From assembly GCF_009914755.1 (NCBI RefSeq), contig NC_060926.1: a stretch of DNA of 64,000 nt; one strand, written 5' to 3'. Positions 1 to 14,851 of this stretch are shown here, piece after piece. A model generated the notes under the pieces. It saw nothing but the letters and a program-made list of their open reading frames with translations. It was not told where the DNA came from and searched no databases. Made by a program: the position numbers and the translations under genes. Position 1 is the stretch's first letter; each line of letters begins with the position of its first letter. The DNA is from the human T2T-CHM13v2.0 reference genome, Homo sapiens.

Positions 1-506
1 TTAGTATTTTCGTAGATATGTGCAACCATCACTCTCTTTCCAGAATATCCTTTCCATCACCCCAAAAGGAAAGCCTGTACTCATTAACAGTCATTTTCCC
101 CCAAACCCTGGCAACATGAATCTACTTTCTATCTCTATGGGTTTGCCTATTCTGGAGTTTCATGTAAATGGAATTATCTAATATTGGTATTTTGTGTTTG
201 GCTTAATTGACATAGAATAATGTTTTTGAGGTTCATCCATGTTGTCACGTGTATCAATATTTTATTCCTTTTTATGGCCAAATAATATTCCATCATATGG
301 ATAGACCCTATTTTGTTTATCCATTCATCAGCTGATGGACATTGGGCTTGTTTCTACTTTTTGGCTCTTATGAGTAATGCTGCTACAATTATTCATGCAC
401 AGGTTTTTGTGTGAGCATATGTTTTTCCATTCTCCTGGGTATATGCCTGGAAGAGAAATTGCAGTATAAATGGTAACTCTATGTTTAACTTTTGAAGGAA
501 CTATCC
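1..506 (-). mobile_element. Old L1M (L1MB/L1ME-type) 3' end fragment
   Basis: Antisense L1M 3'UTR/ORF2-end text: 'atctactttctatctctatgggtttgcctattctgg', 'gaggttcatccatgttgt', 'tttatccattcatcagctgatggacatt'. Confidence 0.85.
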
Positions 507-785
507 ATTAGATTTTTAAATAAATCAGGTGAGTATCAGTGTGTCTTCTCATCTCTGTAAACAATCTGAATTCTTTGGGAAGAAGATGGTGATAGTAGAA
601 AAATGTATAGACCAAGTGGTTTGTGGAATGCAGTGAGTGGGAACTGTCCCTGCAGGTGTCTGAGTCTATGACAGCAGCAGAGATACTGGTTTCTTTTTGG
701 GAGGGAAGCATATCCATGTTGCAGCCAAGGAGCAGGCACATCTGCCACTAGCCAGTGGGGATGGGTGGGATGACTGATTTTTTCC

Positions 786-1082
<297 letters not shown>

Positions 1083-1104
1083 AATATTCCCATTTTTTTA
1101 AATA

Positions 1105-1445
1105 AAACATCAGCCAATCCAGAGAAATACATTTTGTACCTACTATGTATGTTGCACACTGTGCGATTGCTCTGAAGGGTACTAAGAAGTATAACACAAT
1201 GACCTTGGCTCTCTAGGACTGGATAGCTTAGTCCTGGGAACCAGATACACACGTCCTGCAAAAATGTCTTAACCAAATATCAAGTCGTATAGTATAGATT
1301 ATAGGTTTTCTAGGGAACAGAGCATTCAGTGTGGGCTGTGAATATATGTGGGGGTCCCATATTCATAGTTTCCTCCAGGAAAGGGTAATGTGAAACTAAA
1401 CTGGGTCTAATTGTACATATGTGATTCATCTTGGAATGGAAGAAG
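1105..1445 (-). mobile_element. L2 3' fragment (highly diverged)
   Basis: Resembles antisense L2 tail: 'tacctactatgtatgttgcacactgtgc...gaccttggctctct'. Confidence 0.5.
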
Positions 1446-2487
1446 CATCTACTTTGCTTCCTTTTCCTCCCCCAGGCACTGTCTGTCCCCAAATTCATAA
1501 GACCAATGAACCCTGCTGGGACAACGATAGGATTTGTTTTGATCACATGGTAATTTTGAGCAAGAGGGCCTGGAAGACATATGGGCCTTGTTCCAATGTT
1601 CTATGAAGAGCAACGTGTCCCCTGGGCGAGTCACCCGACCTTCTAGACTCTGGCCATAGAAAAAAGTGGGCTTTTCTGGACACCAGATGCCTCCATGATT
1701 TGATTTCTTTTTGGTATATGACTCACATGGAATGATTTTAAAAATTGCTGTGGACCAAGTAGTGTTTCTGTCCTTTTCTGCAGCTGAATCTGGGCACATG
1801 AAGATGAAGCTGAATCAGTATTTTTTCTACACTTAATTCAATTCAGCACAGCAGGATCTGGATGAGGCAGGAAATGAGGAAGCAGAGGAACCCAGGGTGA
1901 ATGTGAGAGACGAAAGTTCTGGTTCAGCTTAAAGTTAAACCAACACAAGGGTTAGATGGGGCATTGTGTAAATCAGCATTTTGTTTCTGAATCAGAGACA
2001 GAGACATTTTGGGTAACAGAGATAGGAGACATTTGAGCTGCTTAGGGGAGTTTTGTTCTAAGGTCATACTTGAATTTCTTAGAAATCAGAGTTCCTATCA
2101 TTTTCCCAAAGAACACAGTGAGGATTTGGCCTCCTAGTCATTACTGATCAATTTAATACCATGTTAACAGTAGTATAGCAGTTTTGCAAAAAAAGGAAGA
2201 AAAATCCCAGAGTTCTTTGGATTTAATAACATATAGTAATTTAGAGCAGATACATTTAATACCAGTGTTCAAGGCTAGCTACATATGGCATGGAAAATAT
2301 GTTTTAAGTTGGTCAAATCCAACACATTGGAAAATAAGTGAATCAGCTATAAATCTCTGAGAAAGGCAAAGCCATAGGGGTGGACCTCCAGTTTGTTGGA
2401 GGTTTCACATGGAGTGGCCCCCAAGTCACTAGAGTTTGAGGTTCCTTTTGCATGTCTGGAAAGGCCTTTGAAAATCAAGCATGAGAA

Positions 2488-3205
2488 CTATTTTATGAGA
2501 GCTTACTATGTGAGCCAGGCACCATTTTGAGTATTTTCCATGTATTAATTCCTTTAATCCTCAAAACAATTCTATAAGCATGGTGGATGCAAGTTACTCT
2601 CAAATCATTCAGAAAAAAAATTTAAAAAACAGAGAGAGGGAAAGAAAGAGAAGGAGAAAGCAAGTGGGGAAAATGCTACACAGGAGGAATGTGAATAAAG
2701 AATAAATAGGGCTGGGTGCATTGGCTCGCACCTGCAATCCCAACACTTTGGGAAGGTGATGCGCAGGTGGGTCACTTGAGCCTGGAAGTTTGAGACTAGT
2801 CTGGACAAATGGTGAAAGCCCAACTCTACAAAAAATACAAAAATTAGCTGGATGTGGTGGCATGTGCCTGTGGTCCCAGCTACTCTGGATGCTGAGGTGG
2901 GAGGATTGCTTGAGCCCCAAATGTCGAGGCTTCAGTGAGCCAAGATCGTACCACCACTCTCCAACCTGGGCAACAGAGTGAGACCCTGTCTCCAAAAAAA
3001 AAATTAAAGAATAAAAATGAGGAAATAGGATTTCTTTGTACTAATCTAGCTCTAAGTTTGAAACTATATCAAAATAAACACTTAACAAAAGTACCCCTAT
3101 GAAGAAGATGTTATTCTCATTTTAGAGATGAAAAAACTGAGGCACAGAGAAGTTAAGTAACTTGCTTTTGGCCCCCTGATACCAAGTGGTGGAGCTCGGA
3201 TTCTA
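2488..3205 (-). mobile_element. MIR split by an L1M 3' fragment that itself hosts an AluJ
   Basis: MIR tail 'gcttactatgtgagccaggcacc...tttaatcctcaaaacaa' at ~2490-2578 and MIR core 'gaaaaaactgaggcacagagaagttaagtaacttg' at ~3095-3205; L1M-type 3' end text 'ttctttgtact...taagtttgaaactatatcaaaataaa' lies between them. Confidence 0.7.
2710..3003 (+). mobile_element. AluJ, full length
   Basis: J-type right arm 'gaggattgcttgagccc...gagtgagaccctgtctc', A-tail, approximate TSD 'taaagaataaa' on both sides. Confidence 0.92.
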
Positions 3206-3302
3206 GATCATGGTTCAGGGAGGTTGATAGGGAAAGAAACACAGATATAGAAATACTATTAGTTGTTCAAGGGGTTATTTTGATCTTTGTTGACAACTTC
3301 AT

Positions 3303-3641
3303 ACTACAGACCGAATATTTGTGTCACCACCCCAACCCCAAATTTACAGATTAAAATTCTCACCCCCAATATGATGGTATTTGGAGCCCTTGGAGGTGAT
3401 TAGGGCATGAAGGTGAAACCCTCTTGAATGGAATTAGAGAGCCCTCACTTCTTCCACCATGTGAGAACACAGTGAGATGACGGCCATCTGTGAACTAGGA
3501 AGAAGCCCCTCATCAGATGGCAAATCCTCTGGCATCCTGATCTTGGACTTCTCAGCCTCTAGAACTGTGAGAAATATATTTGTTGTTTATAGGTAACCCA
3601 ATTTACAGTATGTTGTAAAAGAAGCTCTAACAGACAAAGTC
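3303..3641 (+). mobile_element. MaLR solo LTR (MLT1A/MLT1A0-like)
   Basis: 'ggaggtgattagggcatga', 'ccaccatgtgagaacacag', 'tgatcttggacttctcagcctctagaactgtgagaaat'. Confidence 0.85.
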
Positions 3642-6351
3642 ACCCCGGAAGCATAATTTTGGTCTTGTCACCAAGCTTAGCATTTGGGTGCTTGGGCAAA
3701 TCTAGTGGAGAGGCAGGCAGGCTACAGGAAGTGGAAACTATGAGAGCCAGGAGGTGCCTAAGATATCATCTGATTGATTGCTCTGCGAAGTGTGGTCCTT
3801 GCACTGCTGCTGGCCCAGACACTGTTACCTTTTTTTGGCCAGATAAGTACAGAAAGTATGGGTAAGCATTTAGAATTCTTATAGAAATTTGACATTGCTG
3901 CACCTTCCAAACATCATTCTTCTGGTAATTCATTTTTTTATTGTATTTCACAAAAACACAGTCTACAATAGATTGGGGTGGGGGGAAGAAAGGAAAAATG
4001 TGTTCCTTCATTACACATTTAGTTTGAGAAGCAGTGGTCTAGTCATATTCTATTTACAGGTGAGACAACCAAGGCTTGGAGAAGTATTCTGAGAGCTGTT
4101 TCAAGGTCTCATAATTATACAGTGGGAGAAGAGGATCTAGAACTGGGTCTTCTGCTTCTAGCTCTGGTGCCTAGCAATCTTTAAGGGATGCCATTCCTAC
4201 TGAGCCATCACATTCTAGGCAGCCATAAGGGCAGCCTAGGATCCATCTCTCCTTTATCTGCAAGTTGCCCCTGGGTACCAAAATAGGAGCCAGAGCTCTG
4301 GCTAAAGACTGCCCATATCAGTCTTTGTTGGATTCAAGCTCTGGGGTTAGGGAGAGAGGACATCTCTCTGGGAACATTGCTGCTGACATCTCATTGTTCC
4401 CTGCCTTTACTGCTCACTTGCTAGTTATTACTTGGAAAAGATTGATCACTGGTGAGAAGAAATAGGAATTCAGGTTATTAGGAACGTTTCCCAAGGATAT
4501 AGCACCTTTTTAATCCCACAGAAGTTCATAAATTTTCCAGCTGTGCCAGAGGCACATGGTTGCAGAGCGTGAAAGCCAACTGGCACTCTAAATGGAACAA
4601 GTGGAAAATTCTGCCTGTGAAAGCCAAAAGGAATTCTTCACCTTAATTAAGAAAAAGCTCTGCAATATTGAAAGTCTAGGTAGAAAAGACAAGACTTGGC
4701 ATCTGACTTCTTTAAAATGAACTCTGCTTAATTAGGACTTAGTTAACATAAATTGGAAAAGATCAAGACCAAAGCCCATTGAATTGGGTCCAGTTTAGGA
4801 ATTAAAACTGTACAGTTCAACTCCTGCCCTTGACAGCAGTTCTGCCTTCTTAGTTTTATAGGTAACAAACTTGATCCCCTTCCTAAGGGAATGTGCGTAA
4901 GCTATCTGCTTCTCTAGGGGAAATGAACTCTAGTGATTTTGAGAGATTACATTTAAAGGGCAATTTTCGTTTACAGTTATCTGATTCAATAAGTGTGGAG
5001 CTTTGCATCAACCAAGAACTTGTTTAGGGCCACTCTTGGTGTCCGGCTGCTTGCAAAAGTCAAATCAGTAAGCTATGTAGGACAAAATGTTACTCAGGTT
5101 GAATCACTTCATATTAATGAAATGTAAATAAAACCAGAGAAAGGGAAATTTTAGAAATCCAAATAAACACCCTTAATGTGATTTGTCTTCCCAAACAGTT
5201 CCCTGGATTCTCTTTTCTGTGTGGTCATGTCTCAAATGCCTTTTAGTGATAACCCTGAATACTCCACATTTCAACAAGATACAAACATTTCTCTCTTGTG
5301 TTCTTATTTGCTGTTTCTGTTAGAAACATGAAAACCACATCAACTAGATGGAAATCCTAGAGGAATTTAAGAAGAAAAGATCAATTGTTTGACAATAAAC
5401 GTGGTAAATCCCATGTGATCAAATAAATGCTTATACATGAAAGCAAGAATATTGTACTTTGAACTCTTAACTATAAAGTTGGGCTAAAAATGATTGGGCA
5501 GACCTGTTGGTAGGGGAAGCTGTATTTCAACACAAAATCTAAAAAGTCTTAGATGATGAGGCAAAGATCAGTGGACATGTGAGAGCTGACATTTTCTACT
5601 ACTGAGGTTGTTTTGTTCTTGGTTTAAGAAAATGGATCTGGGATAATCTAGTTTTTATGAACTCCTGCAAACGAAGCGGCTTTAGTTACGTTGCAGTTGT
5701 TGAAAAGGACTGACCCTTCCCTGTAGCTTTGATGTGCAGTGTGAATTTGGCAAAGGGAACTTAAGTTTGCCTTTCAGTGCTGAATGGCACCATTACCGAG
5801 GCTCATGTATCTGTCAGAAAAATCACTTCTCTCCTGGTAAAGCCCCTTCTGTCTCAGGATCATGTGAGATTCACCACACAACACTCACTAAACATGGTAT
5901 CATTTTTACGTAATGAGGGAGTGAGAACTGGAACCTGATTTCATATTTTTTCCCACAGATTTTACTTTCTACTCTTGTCAGTCATATCTGCAAGGCTGAC
6001 AGTTACCAGGGGCTGTGGCCAGGCATGAGGGAGAATGTGTCATTGCTGGCTGCGTTGGTCATAGCAACGTGTCTGCCTCAGAACAGATCCAGCATGGATG
6101 AGCAAACAGAAAAATGTGTAAGAAGGCTTGTGACTGAAACAGACCAAGGGTGAGTGCCGGGACTGTCCATCAGAAACTTTCAATGATCAGTAACAGGATA
6201 TTCACACAGTCATTTTACTTTTCAATAACTTATCAAGTTGACAAGCAAATAATTAATAATGGTTTGTCACTGGTTGGCAACTTCTAAAAAAGTCTATGGC
6301 TGAGAAGGACACTCATTTCTCATAACCTCAGCCAGTACTGAATTACAATGC

Positions 6352-6700
6352 CAATCAGCAAATGTATCAAACGCCAGAACACTGTTAGCAGCAGCTGAGG
6401 CATCAGTATGAGTGAGACATATTTCTTATTCACAACAGAAGCTCAGAGTCAGTGGAAGAAAAATATGTAAACACATTTTTCTAATGCAATAAGATGAGGG
6501 CTATAATAAATGTATGAAAAAAAGTGCTACAGGAACACAGATGGAGGGTTGATTGATTCTGCTTGGGAAAGTCTGAGAACGCATCACAGGGAAAGAGAAT
6601 TTAGCTTCTTCGAAAGATGAGTAGAATTTATTAAAAAGGAGGTTATTTTAAGCAAAGAAGTGCATCATATGCGAAGGATGATGTCAAGGATGTGCTTGTC
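6352..6700 (-). mobile_element. L2 fragment (diverged)
   Basis: Antisense L2 3' region features: 'gaagctcagagtcagtgg', 'aagtgctacaggaacacag', 'gaaagatgagtagaattt'. Confidence 0.55.
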
Positions 6701-7559
6701 ATTTTCAGGGTGTAAGCGTAGAGCAGTTTCATTGTCATTATCTCTGTGTGTTCAAGAGGTACATTCTCCCAATAAATCTAATTTTCAGGACTATTGTCTT
6801 CCTTTGGACTCAAAATCTAATTTGCAATGCAAATCTGAGCAGTGACTTCCTTGTTTCAACGGTCTCAGACTGCCCCTAGAAATGATGAATGCATGGGTCC
6901 CATAGGTGAATGCATTGGTCCACAGGCAGAGAGAATGGAGTTCCAAGTCAGTCAGGCCAAGGTTCAACACAAGGAGGTGGGAACTTCAGACTGGAAGCTG
7001 AAGCAGTTTCTATGGTCATTAGCGGCAGAGGCCAGCCCAGAAGACCAGGGAGACTTCACTCCAGTAGAGGCCAGAAGAAGATTCCCACTATCGGCTTCAG
7101 ATTCCTCTTTTGTAAAATGAGCTAGTTTGACTAGATCTGTTGCTGGCAAACTTTGTTTCCTAGGCCCCAGGGTTCCATGAAGGTTCTTCTGTGGCTGGTG
7201 ATGAGAAAGAGTAAGGCCAACTTGGGAAGGCTAAACCTCCTCCACCCCTTCACTTCACTAGAGTAGTCTGATTTCATTTGTTTTCATATTGGCAATCCAC
7301 ATAAGATAAGTTTGAAAATGGTATATTTTACAGTTCAGACAAAAAGGAAAACCTTGGAATAGAGAATTAAGTGCTGGTTCTCTGGGATTCCAAGCCTCCT
7401 TTACTTCCTCTGAAATCCCATAGTACTTGATTTATGCCTCTTTATAACACTCATTTTTACCCTGTGTTATTTTTTATGTTTCAAAGACGTGCACTTGTTT
7501 TTTCTCTTATGGATGTTTTTGCTCAATGAAGGCAAGTACATGGTGGCTAAACCTTCCCA

Positions 7560-7782
7560 GACACACTGGCCTTCTTCCTGTTCCTCAGATTCACTAAACT
7601 CATACTCTAGTGTCTTTGCATTTGTGATTTTTCTCTATCCAGAATATGTTTTCCCAGATCTCCATGAAATTTTCTCCTTCACCTATTTTAGGGATCTTCT
7701 CAAATGTGACCTTATCTGATGAAATTTCCTAAACACCTTACATATATATAAAATGTAATTCCTATTCTCCTTACACACTCTG

Positions 7783-7827
<45 letters not shown>

Positions 7828-7997
7828 TATTCTGTTTTAGTTTTTCCATAGCACTTAACATCACTTGACATATTTTATATTTCATTATTTGTTTCACGTC
7901 CGTCTCATCCACTAGAATGTAAATTCCAGGGGCCAGAGACCTTTCTGTGTTGGTCACTGATCTATCCTGGACACCTGGAACAGCGTCTGACATGGAG
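7560..7997 (+). mobile_element. L2a 3' end containing a (CA)n
   Basis: 'cactggccttcttcctgttcctc', 'ccatagcactta', 'ccactagaatgtaaattcca', 'cacctggaacagcgtctgacat'. Confidence 0.8.
7784..7824. repeat. (CA)n microsatellite, ~20 units
   Basis: Read directly. Confidence 0.98.
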
Positions 7998-8179
7998 TTA
8001 CCACCCAGTCACTGGAAGTATTTGAGACTCAGTTCCTGTCCAGCCAAGACCTCCTATTAGATAAAAATAAGATCCCTCTTGCAGTGACTGACAGTTCAGC
8101 CATGTTTTCTCATTGTCTATAACGTCCAAACCAGTGTGCCAACACAAACCACCTCCTCTAGTACAGTCTGAATAGAATT

Positions 8180-8392
8180 GTAAAGAGAGAGCATGGGATT
8201 TGGAGATGGAAGATTTGGATTTCAGTCTTAACCGTCATATACTAGTGGGGTGCTTTTAGGCAAGTGACTTAATCTCTCCAAGCTTTAATTTCCCCACCTG
8301 TAAAAATGAGGTAATAATTGACCTGTCATATAAGGTTGCTATGAGGATTATCACAAGTAAAATGTGTGAAAAGCGGTTTGCAATTTGCAAAA
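8180..8392 (+). mobile_element. MIR
   Basis: Core 'ggcaagtgacttaatctctccaagctttaatttccccacctgtaaaaatgagg...gttgctatgaggatta'. Confidence 0.8.
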
Positions 8393-9267
8393 GACCACGT
8401 TAGATGTGGCTTCTGGAAAATGAAGCAGTAGAGAAACAGGACTCTAAGTTGCCCTTAAGCCAATACTAGTACTTCTGGCAACTACCTAATTCCTCTGGAA
8501 ATGGGGATAAGGATACCCCTTTCTGTTTGAAGGTGGAGAAGTGAATCAGATGATCTAACTGAAATTCCTTCCAGCTTTATGATTCATGATTTTATGTTTG
8601 TGATGAAATCAGTAAGAAAATATTGAGCACAGAAAGTATTTTTACTGATACTACAAGGTTTTCAAATGAGTAGTCCCCCTAAACAGTCTCTTTTAGCCCT
8701 GTAGAATCATCTGTTACCATATGTAATGGAAAGGCAACTTTATTTCAAGATTTATGCTAATTTCTGTTTCCTCATATTTATACTATGTGCCTTAGCCCCA
8801 TAGATTCAGAAAATAAATTATATATCTATGGAATGCATTTGGCACTTAGCTTAAATTGCCTTTCCCACTAAACTATTTTTTGTTTATTACCATTGATATA
8901 AAATGCTTGAACGCTCAGAAGGCAGTGTGTTCAGAGGCAATGAACACTTAAAAAGGAGTTAAGAATTTAAGTTCTTGTCATGGTTCTGTCACTAGCCAGT
9001 TAAGCAGCCTCAGGCAAGTTGCCATCTCTCTGGGCCTCAGTTTCCATATGCATGAGTATGTGTGTGTACATATTACATATATATTTATATATGCTGTATG
9101 TAATGGGGAGGGGAGAAGTCACATGAAGTACCAACTGCAGACTCAGGAAGAGAACTGCCTTTGCTTCAGAACACACCTTATATGGGCATGTTTGGTTATG
9201 AAAATGAGACCTACTGACCATAGCTTGACTGGGCTAGGACTGAAACAAAAAGGAATATGTTTCTCTA

Positions 9268-9933
<666 letters not shown>

Positions 9934-10015
9934 CTAGATTTTCTCTTTCCTTAGTGTCCTCATGGCTATGCTTGGGGTGCCAAGTCCTTGGCTCTCCAGT
10001 TGCAATTGCAGTTGC

Positions 10016-10268
10016 TTTTTTTTTTTTTTGAGACGGAGTCTTGATCTGTTACTAGGCTGGAGTGCAGTGGTGCAATCTCGGCTCACGGCACCCTCGCCTC
10101 CCGGGTTCAAGCGATTCTCCTGCCTCAGCCTCCCAAGTAGCTGGGATTACAGGTGTGTGCCACCACGCCCAGCTAATTTTTGTATTTTTAGTAGAGACAG
10201 GGTTTCAACATGTTGGCCAGGATGGTCTTGATCTCCTGACCTTGTGATCCACCCACCTCGGCCTCCCA
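10016..10268 (-). mobile_element. AluSc-like, 5'-truncated
   Basis: Poly-T, Sc-type shortened 'tgttactaggctgg', 'caggatggtcttgatctcctgaccttgtgatcc'. Confidence 0.9.
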
Positions 10269-10318
10269 GTGGAAATTGCATTTTTAAGAACAACTCTTTT
10301 CAGAGGAGCAGTGGATGA

Positions 10319-10641
<323 letters not shown>

Positions 10642-11014
10642 TGATCTTTTTTTCTTTACCATTTTCGTGTACACTCATATACCCCTTTGCTGTGCATTTG
10701 CTTCTAACTCACGGCTTCTGAAGCTCTTTCGAGAACTGCTTTCAGGTTGCCAGGGCCTGTGCAGAGAGCCCCTCCAGCCACAGCACCTGGGCATTTATTC
10801 TCTCCACCCCGCTTGTGGCCTTGATGAATGGCCTACAAGTGAGGTAGGTATGAAAGCCCAGTGCTCTTGCTTTTCTTGCCTCTGGTACAAATTGGAGGCA
10901 TAACTTACACTCCAGAGGTCCCCTGCAGGATCAGGCCAAGACTACCCTCTGTAGGACTTGCCTGCAACAACACCCTTGTTTGGCTTCCTCCCCTTCCTGC
11001 TGTCCTCCCTGACT

Positions 11015-11550
11015 TAAATTTTTATTTTAGGTTTGGGGGTACATGTGAAAGTTTGTTACATAGATAAATGGGTGTCACAGGGGTTTGTTGTACATACTAT
11101 TTCATCACTCAGATATTAAGCTCAGTACCCAATAGTTATCTTTTCTGCTCCTCTCCCTCCTCCCACCCTCCCCTCTCAGGTAGACTCCAGTTTCTGTTGT
11201 TTCCTTCTTTGTGTTCTTATCATTTAGCTCCTGCTTGTAAGTGAGAACATGCAGTATTTGGTTTTCTGTTCCTGTGTTAGTTTGCTAAGGATGACAGGTT
11301 CCAGCTCCATCCATATTCCCACAGAAGACATGATCTTGTTCTTTTTTATGGCTGCATAATATTCCATCGTGTATATGTACCACATTTTCTTTATCCAGTC
11401 TGTCATTGATTGGCATTTAGGTTGCTTCCATGTCTTTGCTAGTGTGAAGAGTGCTGCAGTGAACATTTCTGTGCATGTGTCTTTATGGTGGAATGCTTTA
11501 TATTCTTCTGGGTATATACTCAGTAATGAGATTCCTGGGTCGAATGGCAG
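11015..11550 (-). mobile_element. 5'-truncated L1PA (L1PA15/16-like) 3' end
   Basis: ORF 11224..11466 encodes an L1 ORF2 C-terminus (MFTAALFTLAKTWKQPKC...WYIYTMEYYAAIKKN); 3'UTR 'ggggtttgttgtaca...gtacccaatagttatcttttctgctcc'. Confidence 0.92.
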
Positions 11551-11734
11551 TCCTGAGAAGCAGTCTTAATAAATCACTTGCTCACAAACCCTGAATCCAC
11601 ATCTCAGGTAGCCCAACCTAAAATCACCCTCTATCTCCTGAAGTGGAGGCTTTTAACTCTTTTTAGGTCATAGATACCTTTAAGTATCTGATAAAAGGTC
11701 TCAGCAGTTTTCCTCTTTTTTAAAAATAAGTACT

Positions 11735-11898
11735 GCTAGTCACAGTGGCTCATGCGTGTAATTCTAGCACTTTGGGAGGCTGAGGCAGGAGGATCACTTG
11801 AGCCCAGGAGTTTAGGCTGCAGTGAGCTATGATTGTGCCACTTCACTCCAGCCTGGGCAACACAGTGAGACCCTGTCTCAAAAAACAGCAACAAAAAA
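11735..11898 (+). mobile_element. Alu monomer (FRAM-like)
   Basis: Single monomer 'cactttgggaggctgaggcaggaggatcacttgagcccaggag...gagaccctgtctc' with A-rich tail. Confidence 0.88.
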
Positions 11899-13866
11899 GT
11901 GAACATGCCTGTAATTGGTTTGCATTTGTTCTACAGTCTTGGAAATATAAGACAAGCCTCATCCTTGATTTTTGCCAATTGTCTCTGACTCAGCCTTCCA
12001 CCCACCAGGTGGTTGAGAAATCCAAGGAGGGCCTTTCTTATTCTTCCTCACTCTTCACTTGGGATCATACAGGAAACCTGGTCCAGAAATGCTGGGAAGG
12101 GCAGCAGGATTTCGTTCCATACTCTCGGGATTTTGTTCTTCATTCAGGGGTACTGCTGATGATGTGTGGTTCTGCTCAGGGATCTGTGCTCAGGCCCTCA
12201 GACTGCAGCACTAGCGTTCAGACTCTCCAGATGCATAGCAGGAAGCACACACTCAACTTAGATGAGGACTTAATACCTCTGCTGTACTCTGTGTGAGCCC
12301 CACCACCAGATCTTACATGGACAGCACCTCTCGCCTCAGTCTCTACCCCAGATCTGTTTTCAGGAACCACCCTGTAGTAGCTTCATGAAGCTACCTCACC
12401 CCTACAAACCAGCCATATTCCCTTTGTCTTCCCTCTTCTAGGGCAATTCCATGTCTGCCCTCTGCCTCCAGCAAAGAAATGGATAGTGGTAGTCTCCTGG
12501 GCAGAACTGAGTCCAAAGAGCACTGAAAAGTGAAGAACGGCTATCTCTCTAGAAGGAGGAAGGGAAAAGTGCCCTTTTATTCCTCTACAGACAAAAACTA
12601 AATAAGGCAGACATTAATGACTCAATAAAATACCATCCCCATACAATATTGTATATGACCCTAGGAAGTTCAGTGTTCTCAGTACTCCAGGTTGTAAACA
12701 CCTGATCTAAAGGAAAGGAAGTAAGAAAGAAAGCTGTCCCCTATCCTACCTGTACCAGCCAGTGACCAGGATGCTCAACTTTAGAATTAAAATGTCTCTC
12801 CTTGATCTAGAATCTCTCTATCTTATGTCCGTGGCTTCCCCCTCATCCAATACCAAAGCTGTTTTAGTGAAAGAGAAAGTGAGGCAAGGCTACTAGACCC
12901 TTTGGTTTTACCAAAGTACCTAATTAACAAGCAAGGACGTGATGTTGGTACCATTTTTTACCATTGTCAGCATCATGTTGCAATTATGACAACACTTGTT
13001 GAATCTGTTAAAAACAATGCCATTCAGAGGCTTGTCTCATGAGTTGGTGATAGGCCTTGGGCAAAGTATTTTGGCCAGGTGATACCAGTGGTAAACATTC
13101 CCAATAGTCAGATGGTGGCCAGAGACCATCAGCTTCTCATGAATAGGAAACATGTATTATTCATCTTTATATACCTAGCAAATAGCATAATACCTAATAT
13201 TATTACTATTACATAGTAATACTAACATTATTAATAAGTAAGTGTTAGGTGGACCTAATTCATCTTAAGTGAATTTTATTTGCTGGTTAGCATGAAGGAT
13301 TATGTTAAAAATCTTTATAAATATCTCCTTTTGGAATAGGAAGATATCTTTATATTTGCACTTGCTGTGTACTTCACCATCTTGAAGATAATAAGGTCAC
13401 ATCTCTTTAAATATTTAAATTAAAAGGACCCTGAGTCCTGTCCCACTATTGCACAAACATTGTTCATTACCAGAGTGTTTCCTCCTATAAAAGAACCCTA
13501 AACACTTAATCCAGCCACAAGGTGGTTGCTCCAATCTCATGCTTTTATTGGAGTGGGAACCCAGAAACTTCTCTTTGAGGCTAGAGGACTCAGTCTGGGG
13601 GACCACACATTTCAGAAGTATCCACCATGTGACTGTTGCTGCCACCATGGCTGGAGGCCTGTTATTGCGGTAGAAACCAGGCAGCTGCTGCCACAGCACA
13701 GTGTTCCCACCCGAGTTACTCTTCTTGCTCCTAAATCCTTGCCAGGATAAGAGCTTAGATGCACCCTCTTGGGCTGGAGGACCCCATAACCACCACTAGA
13801 AAATAGTTATCCCATGTCAAAATTGCCTCATGTGCTCACAATGGTGTAGCTATTTAAATTCACCCA

Positions 13867-14222
13867 CGTCTTAGTCTGTTTGGGCTGCTACAACAGAATA
13901 CCACAGACTGGGTAATTTATAAACAACAGAAATTTATTTATCACATTTCTGGAGGCTGGGATGTCCAAGATTAAGGTGCTGGCAGGTTCAGTGTCTGGTG
14001 AGGGTCCATTCCTCATAGATGGAGTCGTTTTGCTGGGTCTTCACATGGCAAAAGGGGAAAAGCTTCCTCAGTCCTCTTTATAAGGGCACTAATCCCATTC
14101 ATTAGGACTCCACCCTCATGACCTGGTCACCTCCCAAAGGCCTGCCTTTTAATGCCAACACATTGGTAATTAGATTTCAACTCATGAATTTTAGAGGGAC
14201 ATAAACATTCAGCCCATGCAAC
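13867..14222 (-). mobile_element. MaLR solo LTR (MLT1A-like)
   Basis: 'tcttagtctgtttgggctgctacaacagaataccacagactgggtaatttataaac...tataagggcactaatcccattcat'. Confidence 0.9.
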
Positions 14223-14464
14223 CAATGTGCCCACTTCCCCACAGCTAAGTCCCTGTGCCAGGGAGCTGGGTCAGACGTGATGCAGCATTGTGCCTGGACT
14301 TAGCTGGGCCTCTGCATTGCTCATCTCCATGGGGCCCCATGCAGACAGAACACATGCTGACTGACATCTCTCTGGAATTTCCTGTGCCTGTCTTCACCTA
14401 TCTAATTTTTTCATCTATTTCCAGTGCCAATGCCATACTCAAACTGCCAGTATTATACAATAAA

Positions 14465-14695
14465 TAATGCTAAGATAGCACTTTGTTCTACGAAACTTTG
14501 ATGTTTACATAGTGCTGACATATCTATCATCTTATTTGATCATCTCTTCCTCACACCGGCCTTCTGATGTATGGGGACCTGTGTTGATAGTCAACCCCAT
14601 CTTATAAGGAGGAAAGTGAGAGTAGACCACATTAACTAACTTGTACAAGTCTTGTAAGTGGCAGGCCTGGATTTTGAACCTAAGTCTTTGTGATC
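14465..14695 (-). mobile_element. MIR (diverged)
   Basis: 'ccccatcttataaggaggaaagtgag...taacttg...gtaagtggcaggcctggattttgaacc'. Confidence 0.65.
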
Positions 14696-14851
14696 GCTAT
14701 ATTCATTCAAGGAGTTTTAAAAGGTTTTGGTGTCAGAACCTTCCTTTAAGGTGAAATTGAAAGCATAATCCCATATATTGAACAGACAAATATGGAGCTG
14801 TTATCGTTGGAGAAGGAGTATGGGATCCCTGTCTTCCCTAGCAACCCCATG

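Noticed and set aside
11829-12296. 155-aa + strand ORF
   Set aside because: Starts in an Alu monomer; remainder has no recognisable protein features
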